The notes below the pieces were generated by a model. That model did not search any database, was not told the origin of the DNA, and saw only the letters and a program-made list of their open reading frames with translations. This document shows, piece after piece, positions 52,401 through 64,000 of a stretch of 64,000 nt of DNA. The position numbers were made by a program, and so were the translations under genes. Position 1 is the stretch's first letter; each line of letters opens with the position of its first letter. Source of the stretch: Octopus vulgaris (Eukaryota); NCBI GenBank assembly GCA_951406725.2, contig OX597814.1:127968001-128032000 (forward strand), written 5' to 3'.

Positions 52401-55400
52401 AGTATGGTCTGGCACTCGTACCTGGTGTGTTGGTAAGTTATGTTTCTGACCAGTTTCATTTCTTCATCAACAGCTTTAATTTTTTGTTGCATGCCAATAG
52501 TAAATATACACATTTGTTCAGTTTCAGTTATTTTTATTTGTCAACTTGTTAACCATTTAATCAATTGGCTAATTGCATGAACAATGCCTTGTGAATAATA
52601 TAAATACTAACCGACTCTGTGCTGTCAAAAATGATGGCTAATTGAAGTATTTTACATATAAATATGGATGGAAGATCAAATTAATACACTTGTCAATGTT
52701 ATCTAGTGGCTGTCTTTGGAGAAGTGACAGCAATCATTATTTGTTACTTAACCCTTTTGTTACCAACCCGGCTGAAACTGGCTCTGAGTATAAATGTCTT
52801 GTTTTCATAAGTTTTAGATTAAAATCTTCCACCACACCTTAGTCACAATTTATGTTCCTAACACTAGCTTAATGATAACTAAGTTATTTTACTAAATTCT
52901 TTGTTATATTTAAAGTAATTGAAAGAAACACAGAACATCTTAAAATGAATACAGTAACAAAAGGATTAAAGAACGCTGATTCACACATACAACCATTCAC
53001 ATACTTCCCTTGTACACATACACACATACAGACATATACTCACACAGAAATGAAACCCTAATTTATTGTTTGATTAATCATTTAGTCAATCAATCAAACA
53101 TTGACCTGCTCTCTCTGCTCCATGTCTGCTTCAGGTCTCAAGAATTTTTCAAACATATCATTGATTTTCCTTATCTTTTTATCACCTTGCAATGGTTTGG
53201 ATCAAACAGAACAGTAGACTATCTCTATGTATTCTAATTCCATGACATTTCATGTGTTATGTTTATGACTTCTTGTAAACAGTTTTATTTCACTTTCCCT
53301 AAATTTGGGAAGAATTCATACAAAATTCCCCCTCCCGAACCAAGGCAAACTTGTAGCTGCCTTCATGTCCAGACTTCTGTTAGTTCTACGTCATCATTTC
53401 AATGTTTGATTTTCCATAGATTTCACAATGAAATATATATTTTTTGAAACTATATAATGTGTAAAGGCATGTGGCCTAGTGGTTAGACAGTTTCACTCAC
53501 AATCATAAGACTGAGGTTCCAATTCTGGGGTTGAGCAATGTGCTGTGTTCTTGAGAAAAAATACTTCATTTCATATTGCTCCTGCTCACTCAACTGTAAA
53601 TGCATTCCATCAGTAGTTGAGAAGTTAACTCTGTGACAGACTGGTGTCCCATTCAGCCTTATGAGTTCTTAGAACACAAGACAGACCCTAACTTAATAAT
53701 GAAATTATCAATTTTATTCCTACTACAGGTCTGACTGATCATGATAATAATATTGATTCTTCATGTAAATATTGTACTGTAACAATATTTTCTAATAAAT
53801 GTCATTAACTTCTTAAATTTCATTTGAATTGTTTGTATACTTTTTCAGAAGCAAAATGTAAGCCTTTATCTTCTATTGATGGAGGTTCGCTTAGACCTCC
53901 TGACTGTTCCAAAAGAAATAGCAATCCAGGTGCAATATGCAGATATACATGTAAAAGGGGCTACAAATTAATTGGACCTTCTCAGAGGAAATGTGGTAAT
54001 CATGGAGAATGGAATGTCACCAAAGAAACTAAATGCGTTGGTAAGATTGTCTTGTAATAATTTCTCTTTTGCAAAAATTTATATATATAAAGCTAAAGTT
54101 GTCTGTGTGTGACAGGTTTGGCAGCCTTCAACTAACACTATCTCCTCCGACACCCTGCGGCACAAGTTGACCAAAATTGAGAGTATGATAGAAGAAGGCT
54201 TGCTCTTCCTTCTGTAGAAGATAAAATTCAAATCGGACCATGTTAACACCAAAAATTATTTACATCAAAAAGGTGCTTTTTTTCTATGAAAATCCCTATT
54301 TTTTTAATGATTTTTTGACTGCTGTGTCGCCATTTTTCAGTGTATTTCAACCAGAAAAATGTTCACTTAAAGAGAATAACAAGCTACATAATGCAAAATT
54401 TTTACTTTTCAAAAATTCCAATTCTAAAGGGTAAAAACAAACCCGAGCAACGCCGGGCGATACTGCTAGTTGTTAATAAGGCTCAAGTATGGCTGAGTGG
54501 ATATATGGTTTTGTGGATATAGAATTCACTTTGTTATCTTATGGCCTTGAGTTCTATCCCATTGCATGTCACCTTGGAAAAGTGTCTTCTCCAGTAGCAG
54601 CCCTTGTGTGACCAATGCCTTGTGAATAATATAAATACTAGCTGACACTGTGCTGTCAAAAATGAAGGCTAACTGGAGTATTTTGCATATAAATATGAAT
54701 GGTAAATCAAATTAATACACTTGTCTTTTAAGATGTGACATCGATCATCGTTTGTCACTGAAAGAACGCTGATTCACACATACAAACATTCACATACTTC
54801 CCTTGTACACATACACACATACAGACATATACTCATACAGAGATGAAACGCTGTTTGATTCTTCTTTTCAGAGTTGACTGTTCACCATCCCACTTCCATT
54901 GCACACATGCACACACACACACACACACAAACATTCACATATCTTCCTTTTACATACATACACATATATTCACACAGAGTCGAAACATTTCCACAACCAA
55001 TTTGCCATGATCCCTTCTTTCTTTATTCATCTATTACCCCTTCCTTTCTCATTTATATGTTGTGATGGAGAAAAACACAAGAGTATTATTATAGTAGATC
55101 TTTATTTTTTTTACATATTTCATTCTTTGGACTGTGGCCATGCTGGGGCATTGCCTTGAAAGGGTTTAGTTGAACAAATCAACACCAATACTTATATTTT
55201 TGACTTTGAAACTTATTCCAGCAGTTTCTTTCACTAAATTGTTAAGCTACAGGAACATAAGGGAACCAATCCCAGTTGTCAAGAGGTGTTGGGGGACAAA
55301 CACACACACATACACACACACACAATATATATATATATATGTAATGTTGGCAAATGAAATAAGTATAAAAATGTGCATTGTCCGTTTAATTAAAAAATTC

Positions 55401-58400
55401 TATATGTGGCTGAAGATTGCTTGACATTTTAAAACTGATGGAATACTTACAGTGTTTAATAAAATGAAGTAGCATGAAACGATTGTACTACACTACCTTG
55501 GATATCCTTGTTACTTATTTTGAGTATATATATATATATTCACATACAACAGGTTTCTTTGAGTTTCCATCTACCTAATTCACTGACAATATATATTTTA
55601 CTATTTCGCTTAGGCATAGTGATATTAATGTCTCCCTGGTCCATCCTTAATGGAAAAGAGCTCAGAATAATCTGTGAACTATTTCTTGGTGTGTTTTTCA
55701 ACTATCTTAGCCACCTCTGTGCTATTGGTTCATTTGAATATTGCTGGTGAAGAATATACTATAAACTATTAAATATATAATGACTGCTGCCAGATGTGAG
55801 AAGGCCACTTCACAAACAAGTGACACTATTAATGTTTTGGTTTTATGAAAAAGTTATGTAAAGGTTAATAGATCAAGCAATTTTCTCTGTTTACCATTAC
55901 TAAACCGTTTTTTTTTTACGTTGTCCTAATTAAGTTGCATTGAAATTGCCAACATGATCTCAATAAGATCCACTGCTTTTTAGATGCAAGCATGGCTGTG
56001 TAGTTCAGAAGCTTACTTTGCAACCATGGTGGTTTCAGGTTCAATCCCACTGCATGGCACCTTGGCCAAGTGTCTACTACTATATCCTCAAACTGCCCAA
56101 TACTTTGTGAGGCAATCTGGTAGACAGAAACCATGTGAAAGCCCATGTGAAAGTGTGTATGTGTGTGTGCATGTGTGTGCGTGAATGTGTGTGCATGTGC
56201 GTGTGTATGTGTGTGAATATGTGTACACGTATGTGTGTGTGTGTCTTTGTGTTTGTGTTTGTCCCCACCACCTCTTGACAACTGGTATTGGTTTGCTTAT
56301 GTCCCATTAACTTAGCTGTTTGGCAAAATAGACCAATAAAATAAGTTCCAAACTTTAAAAAAATATATACTGGGGTCGATTTGTTCAACTAAACCCTTCA
56401 AAGTGGTGCCTCAACATGGCTGCAGTCCAATGACTGAAACAAGTAAAAGATAAAAAATATAAGAGATAACAACTTAGCCCTATTTGGAGATGTTAGAGTT
56501 TAAAAAGTCACAAATCCTTCTGCTTCTTCCTCTAAAGAGAGAAAATAGGGAGCAAAGAAATTAATTAATATCTTTTGCATGAAATAATGATATTTCTCTT
56601 GTTTATTTCTTCAGATGTCGAACCTCCAAAATTTAAATGCCCAGCAGACATGACTGTACCTGCAATAAACCAGGGTTATGCTATTGTCCATATAAATACT
56701 GCAAACCTTGAAATGAGTGACAATTCTGAATATGTAAGATTAACACACAGTGGCCTTACTGAAAACCCTGCACGATTTAAACTGGGCTTCCACCAAATTG
56801 AATTCGTTGCCATAGACAGAGCTGGAAATAAGGTCTCCTGTATACAGCGTATAAATGTTCTACGTAAGTCTTATGAATCTATCAAACTTTTGCATACTAA
56901 TACCTTTTTGTAAAAATATGAAATATTTTCTGGACATTTCTACATCTTCTTGCTATTGACTTATACAAGAATTTAAGCTGATAATGGGTGGTAGTGTTAC
57001 ATTTGAGGGGCTGCTAAGAGTGTGTTAGGGTGTTATTAAGGTGGCATTGTTGCAGCATTAGGGGTGGTGGTGATATCATAGAAGCTAATCTATGATTCTT
57101 ATTTCTTTATTGCCCACAAGGGGCTAAACATAGAGGGGACAAACAAGGACAGACAAAGGAATTAAGTCGATTATATTGACCCCATGCGTAACTGGTACTT
57201 AATTTATCGACCCCAAAAGGATGAAAGGCAAAGTCGACCTTGGCGGAATTTAAACTCAGAATGTAACGGCTGACGAAATACGGCTAAGCATTTCACCCGG
57301 CGTGCTAACGTTTCTGCCAGCTCGCCGCCTTACAGTGCAATAATGATTCTGTCAGCTTGCTGCCCTTTAAAACATAATATTGGTTTTAAATTTTGGCACA
57401 AGGCCAGCAACTTTGGGGGGAAGGGGTAAGTTGATTACATTAACCCCAGTATTCAGCTGGTACTTTATTGACCCTGAAAAGATGATAAGTAATGTCAAAT
57501 TCATCAGAATTTTAACCTTTGAAATATAATAATTAAATACGAGACAAAATACTATCTTTAAACATGTATCTTTAAATAAAATAGCCATGTATCTTAGAAC
57601 AATTCCATCAAAGTTTAGGACGTTTTACTTTTATTATCAATAATGTTTCTTTTAAGCCTTCTTTTCCTTCATCTTACATTAAGTTTTTTAAACAAACCCT
57701 GACATTTAATTTGCATTTATTTTCAGGATTATGTTGTTGAATAAACGGAGAAAATGTTGCCATTCAGCAGTTTTATTATCAAACTATTCTTCTTTTTATT
57801 TTTTTAATATTAGAACAATTCAGCTTCACTAGCAGAGAAAAAAATAAATGTAGTGAGGAAAGAGATGATCTTGATAAGAACTGACTGACTGTATGAGAAA
57901 AAAACAAACTGTGAAAGTTTCTCAAGCAGAAGTCTGCCTTGCACTGTAGCAGGCTTAGAATGAAATACCACAACAGCCTTCTTTAATACTAGTTGGGTTA
58001 CTATATTTCACTGAGATTGTATCAATTCACAAACAGTTTAAAGAAAATAACTTTATTTTATCAAAATAACTGACACATTTAACTAGTAGAAAGTAAATGG
58101 CTTTAGCTTCAGTTGATTTATATGTAACTTTATTTTTGCTATCATCTCAGCTGAGAGATAACTAAATAATTATAGATTGTATCTACTAATGTTGCAATAG
58201 TTATCAGAGATAAAGTGTTGATATCATTGTTATTGCTATTGTTGGGTAATAGTGTTGTGCTGATAGTTTTATTTTGTGGAGTCTACTTTTGTTGAAATTT
58301 TGTTACATAAAGACAGCAATATCAAATAGGAGCAACCCCAAATGTTCTGAACTACGACTGTATAAGTTTAGGTCAAACTTCAGCTCTTGTTCACTGCTTT

Positions 58401-61400
58401 AACTTTGGTTAGTCCCATTTTATGAAAGAACAGTCTATCTGAAGATTTTCAGCTTGAATCACGTTGTCCCAGTTTTAAAGTTGGTACAGAGTTCATTGAC
58501 AAAGGCTTGGCTTCTATGTTGATGAGGTGGAGTAGATGGGGTGAAGAATGAAAAACTCCATTGAATACGTAGTTGATTTTAGTATCAAACTGGATTAGAA
58601 GAGAAACTCAACAGTGAAATGCTTTCAGTTAATGGACAATCCTAAAAATGAGGCATTAAAAATGATCTAATCACAAAAGCACAGAAACAAAGAGGAATAT
58701 TGTTTTTAAAATCTTGTTAGATAATTTGTTGTTAATTCCACTAATGTACTTGAGTTTGTCTCCAAGAACTTGATTGTGTCTACTGAAATGAACAGATTTA
58801 TAGTTTTGAGTCAGTCTGGTGAACAGAAGTTTCTTCATTGCTAGATGCTACTATTAAGTATTGTTATTGAAACTACAGCAGAATTTAAACTCAGGATATT
58901 ACTCTCTTTACACTTTTACTCTTTTACTTGTTTCAGTCATTTGACTGTGGCCATGCTGCAGCATCGCCTTTAGTTGAGCAAATCGACCCCAGGACTTATT
59001 CTTTGTAAGCCTAGTACTTATTCTATCGGTCTGTTTTGCCGAACTGCTAAATTATGGGGACGGTTGACAAGCGACGTTGGGGGGGGGGGGAGACAAACAC
59101 ACATACACTTACATATATACGACAGGCTTCTTTCAGCTTCTGTCTACCAAATCCACTCACAAGGCTTTGGTCGGTCCGAGGCTATAGTAGAAGACACTTG
59201 CCCAAGGTGCCACGCAGTGGGACTGAACTCGGAACCATGTGGTTGATAAGCAAGCTACTTACCAGACAGCCACTCCTATGCCTATGTTAAGTAATAAACT
59301 TGATCAATTTTAGGAAACACCACAGTATATGAATACTTAACTGTTTTGTTACTATTTTTATATTAGTACATTACTTTGTTTTAGTCAATTTTGAAGACAA
59401 TGAAGAATTTATTAAAATGAATTTGTCATTATTAAGCTGGTGTTTGGAGTAATTAGTTAATAAGAAATTTTGAGGGAAAGTTTTAATTTAGATCACTTTA
59501 AAACAAGGAATTTGTACCATGGGACCAGAGGTGGTGTCAGACGAATTAGTATTATTATGGTTGACTATAATAGTCAACAAACAGTCATGTCAATTGGGTA
59601 GGAAGTAGGCTGTTGAAATTCCAGCACCACACCATTTTCAAGCATTCTCTTTATGGCAAATTCACTTAATTCGTTAAACCCTAAAATACTCTGACATATT
59701 TCACCCTTCTTATTGTTTTAAGATATATAGGAGTTAGAGCTAAATGATTAACTTAGAGATCCACCATGACAGTCACTTAATTGTAATCAAGGCACCAAGA
59801 GGTCTCATGACAGTTGGCTCAGCATGCAATCCTTTCTTGTGATATTCTAATCACAGTTCCATAGTACTGGAGCTGTGACCACTCAATGCAGAAAAGTAGT
59901 AGTTTGACCTGGAGAGACTCCCTAGCCTTTGAACAATGCACCCTGTTGAGTAATGTTATTCCAGAAATCTTTTGAAGGAACCCTATTTCAGCTGCTTACA
60001 TTTGCAAGCGTGGAGGTGCAATGGCCCAGTGGCTACGGCAGTGGACTCGCAGTTGTAGGAACGTGGTTTCGATTCCCAGACTGAGCGTTGTGATTGTTTA
60101 TTGAGCGAAAATACCTAAAACTCCACGAGGCTCCAGCAGGAGGTGGTGGCGATCCCTTTTGTACTCTTTCGCCACAACTTTCTCTCGCTCTTTCTTCTGT
60201 TGGCCTGCTCGCTTAGCCAGCGGGGTGGCGTCATTTGAAGGCTAAAACAATGCGAACCGCATTGTGACCAGCGATGTGTAGCAACATCTGATAGCCTGGT
60301 CGGTCACGGTGATCACGGTGATATTTGCAAGCATACTCTTTTGATCATTATCAATCATCCATGATCATAGGCGAGGCTAGGAATGGAAACTAAACAGAAT
60401 GGAAACTAAATAGGTGTAGGAGTGGCTGTGTGGTAAGTAGCTTGCTTACAAACCACATGGTTCCGGGTTCAGTCCCACTGCGTGGCACCTTGGGCAAGTG
60501 TCTTTTTTCTATAGCATAGGGCCGACCAAAGCCTTGTGAGTGGATTTGGTAGACAGAAACTGAAAGAAGCCCGTCGTATATATATGTGTGTGTTTGTGTG
60601 TCTGTGTTTGTCCCCCCAATAACATCGCTTGACAACCGATGCTGGTGTAGTTACATCCCCATAACTTAGCGGTTCGACAAAAGAGACTGATAGAATAAGT
60701 ACTTGGCTTACAAAGAATAAGTCCTGGGGGTCAATTTGCTCGACTAAAGGCGGTGCTCCAGCATGGTTGCAGTCAAATGACTGAAACGAGCAAAAGTGTA
60801 AAAGAGTAAAGAGAAGAAAGCAAACTCATGTAAGAAAAAAAAAAAAAAAAAAAGTACAAACAACTGCCATTTCAGTATCCTCTTCTCTCCAAATTAAATG
60901 AATTTCTTGTATTTTATTTATTTGCAGAAGAAACAATCACGATGAAGTTTTGTCCTTCAAATATAAACATTACCATTGCATCTGAATTCCAAGTTGCAGT
61001 CACTTGGCCGGAACCAGTGTTTCTAGACAAGGATGATAGACCTGTTGAATACTACTGTTCCCATCCGAACGGGTCAAAGTTTATCGTTGGTCACTACAAT
61101 AATATCTGTGCTCCTGTAAAAGATTATGGCCAGAATGTTAAATGTATATTTTCGATCACTTTAGGAAGTAAGTACTTTATCTAAATGATCGGTTTTATTT
61201 TGTAGAATATAATCATCATCATCATCATTGCCATCATCATCATCATCATCGTCGTCGTCATCATCATCATCATCGTCATCATCAACAACATCATCATCAT
61301 CAACGTCATCATCACCATTGCCATCATCATCATCCTCATTGCCATCATCATCATCATTGCCATCATCATCATCATCATCATTGCCATCATCATCATCATC

Positions 61401-62512
61401 ATTGCCATCATCATCATCATCATTGCCATCATCATCATCATCATTGCTATCATCATCATCATCATCATTAACCATGTTGTTTTTTCATGTCATCATTGTT
61501 GTTGTTGTCATCATCATTGTCATTATCATTTTATACTGGCTCTCCATGTTGGCATGAGTTGGATGGGTTGTCAAAGTTTGAGTGAGTTCCTGTTTAGTCA
61601 CAACCCTCCTAGACATGATCGGAAGACAATGCCTTCCTTATATATTTCATTTCACACAGTTTCTATGGCTGGATACCTTTTCTTAGACCAACTACTTTAC
61701 AGAATGTCCTGAGTGCATATTTTTATAACACCATCACTTAAGAAATTGTCATATCCTTATCAAGACAAGACTAAAAGGTCCTGCTAACCCTGTGATATCT
61801 CTGTTCTTCCATCAAGCACTTTACAGAGTGTACTAGATGCATTTATCATGTCACCAGCACTGAAGAGATTGTTATGTCAACAGCAAGACAAAGTTAAGAG
61901 GTCCTCATGACCCAATGATATCTCTACACAGTTATTAAACAATTTGCAGAGTGTATTGGGTGCATTTCATTGTGGAAAGTACCAGTAAAAGTAAAGTTGC
62001 TCTTGTACCTTGCAAAAAACAAGGGGACTTTCACTGGTCTATGTTGTGTCTTTTTGTCCAGGTCAAGTGGGTAGAAGAGAGGATGAATGCATAAGATGAA
62101 GTAAGGAAGTGGGGAGAGAGAAAGGAAAGAGTGATAGTGATCAGGGTGAGGATGTGAAGAGAGAGAAAAATACATTATGTCAGAGGTTGGGGTGACATGT
62201 ATGAAGCAGTGCTACAGGAGTGATAGAGGGGTGGGGAAAGTAAAAGTAAGATGTAATGAGAAAGAGAGAGAGAAAGAGAGGGATACAACACACTTCTAAG
62301 TTACATTTTTGACTTTTTTCTAGGAAAAAGCTGTGAGAAACCAGATCCACCCAAAAATGGTGCCCTAACCTGTACAAGCCAAAATAAACTGTATCTACAA
62401 GTATGTTTGGTACATTGTAGTGACAATTATGATTTTGTCGAGTTACCTGAGGAACAATATCTATGTCTTCTCAATGGTAATTGGTCTACGGAATTATGGC
62501 CAGACTGTTCAT
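43484..62512 (+). CDS. SVEP1: SVEP1/polydom-like extracellular matrix protein (sushi, VWA, EGF and pentraxin domain-containing), 5' part: 9 coding exons, 2326 nt (about 775 aa), incomplete at the 3' end
   Basis: Hand-spliced exons 43484-44222, 44888-45037, 48653-48808, 48939-49157, 52241-52432, 53849-54040, 56615-56863, 60928-61167, 62324-62512 join in frame through GT-AG introns without stops. Domain order SP-VWA-EGF-ephrin_rec_like-3xCCP-2xHYR-CCP matches the known SVEP1 N-terminal architecture. Orthologue versus paralogue status is untested. Confidence 0.88.
44888..45037 (+). CDS. SVEP1: SVEP1-like coding exon 2: EGF-like Cys-rich module
   Basis: atttcag acceptor and gtaagt donor, 150 nt; [35 protein letters not shown]. 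Confidence 0.92.
46095..46322 (-). mobile_element. RTE LINE 3' UTR fragment (intronic)
   Basis: Reverse complement of the family tail. Confidence 0.78.
46876..47255 (+). mobile_element. SINE family A (intron 2)
   Basis: Matches family A. Confidence 0.85.
47493..48020 (-). mobile_element. RTE LINE 3' fragment with an internal ~42-bp tandem array
   Basis: Family tail plus about 6 units of aggcccaacactcaaaaggaactcagccac. Confidence 0.75.
48653..48808 (+). CDS. SVEP1: SVEP1-like coding exon 3: ephrin-receptor-like (GCC2/GCC3) Cys-rich repeat
   Basis: ttttgcag acceptor and gtaagt donor, 156 nt; CQKGYFK...[10 protein letters not shown]...ECICHPAYY. Confidence 0.92.
48939..49157 (+). CDS. SVEP1: SVEP1-like coding exon 4: CCP/sushi domain 1
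   Basis: atttcag acceptor and gtaggt donor, 219 nt; [11 protein letters not shown]...[15 protein letters not shown]. Confidence 0.92.
49176..49636 (-). mobile_element. SINE family A just after the exon 4 donor
   Basis: Reverse-complement match to family A. Confidence 0.85.
49992..50394 (-). mobile_element. SINE family B, partial dimer within one 20-bp TSD
   Basis: TSD AATAGCTTAAAACTGTTTCT at 49972-49991 and 50395-50414. Confidence 0.88.
51453..51700 (+). mobile_element. SINE family C-related
   Basis: tRNA-like head and the shared gtgttcttgagcaa core. Confidence 0.72.
52241..52432 (+). CDS. SVEP1: SVEP1-like coding exon 5: CCP/sushi domain 2
   Basis: ttctcatag acceptor and gtaagt donor, 192 nt; VDC...ENG...[13 protein letters not shown]...[15 protein letters not shown]. 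Confidence 0.92.
52752..52965. mobile_element. TTAA-type MITE (second family)
   Basis: TTAA-CCCTTTTGTTAC...GTAACAAAAGGA-TTAA; an empty site is visible in the duplicate segment near 54757. Confidence 0.88.
53849..54040 (+). CDS. SVEP1: SVEP1-like coding exon 6: CCP/sushi domain 3
   Basis: tttttcag acceptor and gtaaga donor, 192 nt; CKPL...[16 protein letters not shown]...CGNHGEW...KC. Confidence 0.92.
54080..54469 (+). mobile_element. Non-autonomous Helitron (family 2)
   Basis: Same family; hairpin cccgagcaacgccggg and CTAG/T; begins about 40 bp after the exon 6 donor. Confidence 0.82.
55985..56455 (+). mobile_element. SINE family A, diverged
   Basis: Family A match with many substitutions. 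Confidence 0.72.
56615..56863 (+). CDS. SVEP1: SVEP1-like coding exon 7: HYR domain 1
   Basis: ttcttcag acceptor and gtaagt donor, 249 nt; [12 protein letters not shown]...SDNS...[22 protein letters not shown]. Confidence 0.92.
57097..57330 (-). mobile_element. SINE family B
   Basis: Reverse-complement match to family B. Confidence 0.85.
58900..59285 (-). mobile_element. SINE family A
   Basis: Reverse-complement match to family A. Confidence 0.85.
59337..59564. mobile_element. Degenerate copy of the second TTAA MITE family, inverted
   Basis: Aligns by eye with the reverse complement of 52752-52965. Confidence 0.6.
60010..60322 (+). mobile_element. tRNA-derived SINE family D with 10-bp TSD
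   Basis: A-box tggcccagtgg, B-box gtttcgattccc, (CACGGTGAT)2 tail; TSD ATTTGCAAGC at 60000-60009 and 60323-60332. Confidence 0.85.
60411..60812 (+). mobile_element. SINE family A, full length
   Basis: Matches family A. Confidence 0.88.
60928..61167 (+). CDS. SVEP1: SVEP1-like coding exon 8: HYR domain 2
   Basis: tttgcag acceptor and gtaagt donor, 240 nt; FCPSNINIT...VTWPEPVF...[11 protein letters not shown]...VKCIFSITL. Confidence 0.9.
61212..61468. repeat. (CAT)n microsatellite with periodic TGC interruptions
   Basis: Read directly from the sequence; source of the poly-D/M/S pseudo-ORFs. Confidence 0.95.
62324..62512 (+). CDS. SVEP1: SVEP1-like coding exon 9: CCP/sushi domain 4 (absent from the ORF track)
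   Basis: ttttttctag acceptor and gtaagt donor, 189 nt; hand translation [16 protein letters not shown]...[12 protein letters not shown]...[18 protein letters not shown]. Confidence 0.9.
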
Positions 62513-62586
62513 GTAAGTTGGTGCTATTTTGTTTTTAAATCTCTCTATTTTCCCACTTTTCGTTTTTATACTTTGTCATTTCTCTT

Positions 62587-62628
<42 letters not shown>

Positions 62629-62884
62629 CTATTTTTCTCTCACATCCTTTTTTTAGGACTTGCTCTCATTTTCCTGTACAATTTATCTTATGGACATAAG
62701 CATTTGCATTTATATGTAAGTCTCACTGGTTGGACACCCTGAGTTGAAGCATTTTCATTGCTTGTAACTGGATACTGAACACAGTGAAATATTCTGAGGC
62801 TCAGGTGGAAATTTTAAAATGCTATTTCTTGCATACCAGTAAAAAAAAAAAACAGACCTCTTCTGATGTAGTTGGTGAAATAAT

Positions 62885-63118
62885 AAGGCGGCGAGCTGGC
62901 AGAAACGTTAGCACGCCGGGCAAAATGCGTAGCCGTATTTCGTCTGCCGTTACGTTCTGAGTTCAAATTCCGCCAAGGTAGACTTTGCCTTTCATCCTTT
63001 TGGGGTCGATAAATTAAGTACCAGATACGCACTGGGGTCGATGTAGTCGACTTTATACCTTTGTCTGTCCTTGTTTGTCCCATCTATGTTTAGCCCCTTG
63101 TGGGTAATAAAGAAATAA
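62885..63118 (+). mobile_element. SINE family B
   Basis: Matches family B. Confidence 0.85.
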
Positions 63119-63663
63119 ATAATAATTATGTAGCTAATGGTTTATAAATGCAAATTTTAGATAGAATAGAGTTCAGTGTGGAATATAACATCTTAAGATA
63201 AACCAATCAAAGTTATGATTATATATTTGTAAGAAAGTTCATAGTTGCTTCCATTTTTAACAAAATTATTTGGGTAATATGTCATAACAATGTACATAGA
63301 TTTTTCTTGTTTTACAAAACCAGTGGAATGATATGTAATAGAGTCTGATATGTTTAGGCATGTAATTGACCATCAGTAAAGAAAAAATCAGATAATGTAA
63401 ATGCATTTAAACTGGCAGAAATTATTCTTTTGAGGCTAGGCCAAGTCTAGTCAGCTGCTAAGGGAGATTGAACCAATGTTGAAATCTATTAGGTATAGCA
63501 CAAAAACTACTCAGCATTAGTTTCTGATTGACTAAAATTTCTGATTGGCTAAAATAATACAGGGTGACAATGAGGAAACCAAAATGCATATGGGTTCTAT
63601 TTAGTTAGCTAAAAATAACACAATGACTATTTGCCTTTGATTGGCTAAAGTAATATATGTGAG

Positions 63664-64000
63664 ATCATCATCATCATCATCATCATCGTCATTTAACATC
63701 CGCTTTCCATGTTGGCATGGGTTGGACGGTTTGACTGAGGGCTGGCAAGCCAGGAGGCTGCACCAGGCTCGAATCTAATTTGGCAAGGTTTCTACAACTG
63801 GATACTCTTCCTAACACCAACCACTCTAAGAGTGTAGTGAGTACTTTTATCTGCCACCAGCATGGGAGCCAGTCAAATGGTGCTTTTATGTGCCACCAGC
63901 ATGGGAGCCAGTCCAGCGGCACTGGCATTGACCATGCTTGAATGGTGCTTTTTACATGCTACCGACACTGGTGCCAGTTTGGTAGTACTGGCATCGGCCA
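63664..64000 (-). mobile_element. RTE LINE 3' UTR fragment (runs off the window)
   Basis: (CAT)n followed by the reverse-complement family tail. Confidence 0.78.

Larger units (their letters stand above)
52582..54849 (+). repeat. Intronic direct duplication (52582-53056 versus 54613-54849)
   Basis: Shared caatgccttgtgaataatataaatacta...aagaacgctgattcacacatac. Confidence 0.88.

Noticed and set aside
60010-60085. tRNA genes (here and at other A/B-box heads)
   Set aside because: These are SINE heads continuing into SINE bodies; no complete cloverleaf or terminator seen.

Overview
Eukaryotic, AT-rich, repeat-dense genomic DNA. The SINE/LINE families and microsatellite load look like an octopus (cephalopod mollusc) genome; this is an inference from recalled repeat families, not a database hit. 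One host gene is supported: the 5' part of an SVEP1/polydom-like gene on the + strand, with 9 coding exons from 43484 to 62512 (signal peptide, VWA, EGF-like, ephrin-receptor-like Cys repeat, 3 CCP, 2 HYR, CCP), all joined by phase-1 GT-AG introns; the gene continues past the window. The first 43 kb holds no recognisable host coding exon. It is a mosaic of a decayed Mag-like Ty3/gypsy LTR element (with a nested telomere-repeat foldback element), mariner/Tc1 relics, TTAA-type MITEs, Helitron pieces, RTE LINE fragments, at least four tRNA-derived SINE families and simple repeats. The most unusual signals are two variant hammerhead-ribozyme-like motifs in TA-flanked repeats, a 328-bp near-perfect palindrome, the telomere-repeat foldback element, and an inverted SINE pair with a shared unique flank that brackets the first two coding exons. 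I see no convincing evidence of a wholly new biological system; the findings are hypotheses. Repeat boundaries without a stated TSD or TIR are approximate. Nearly all ORFs in the supplied track are repeat or microsatellite artefacts.
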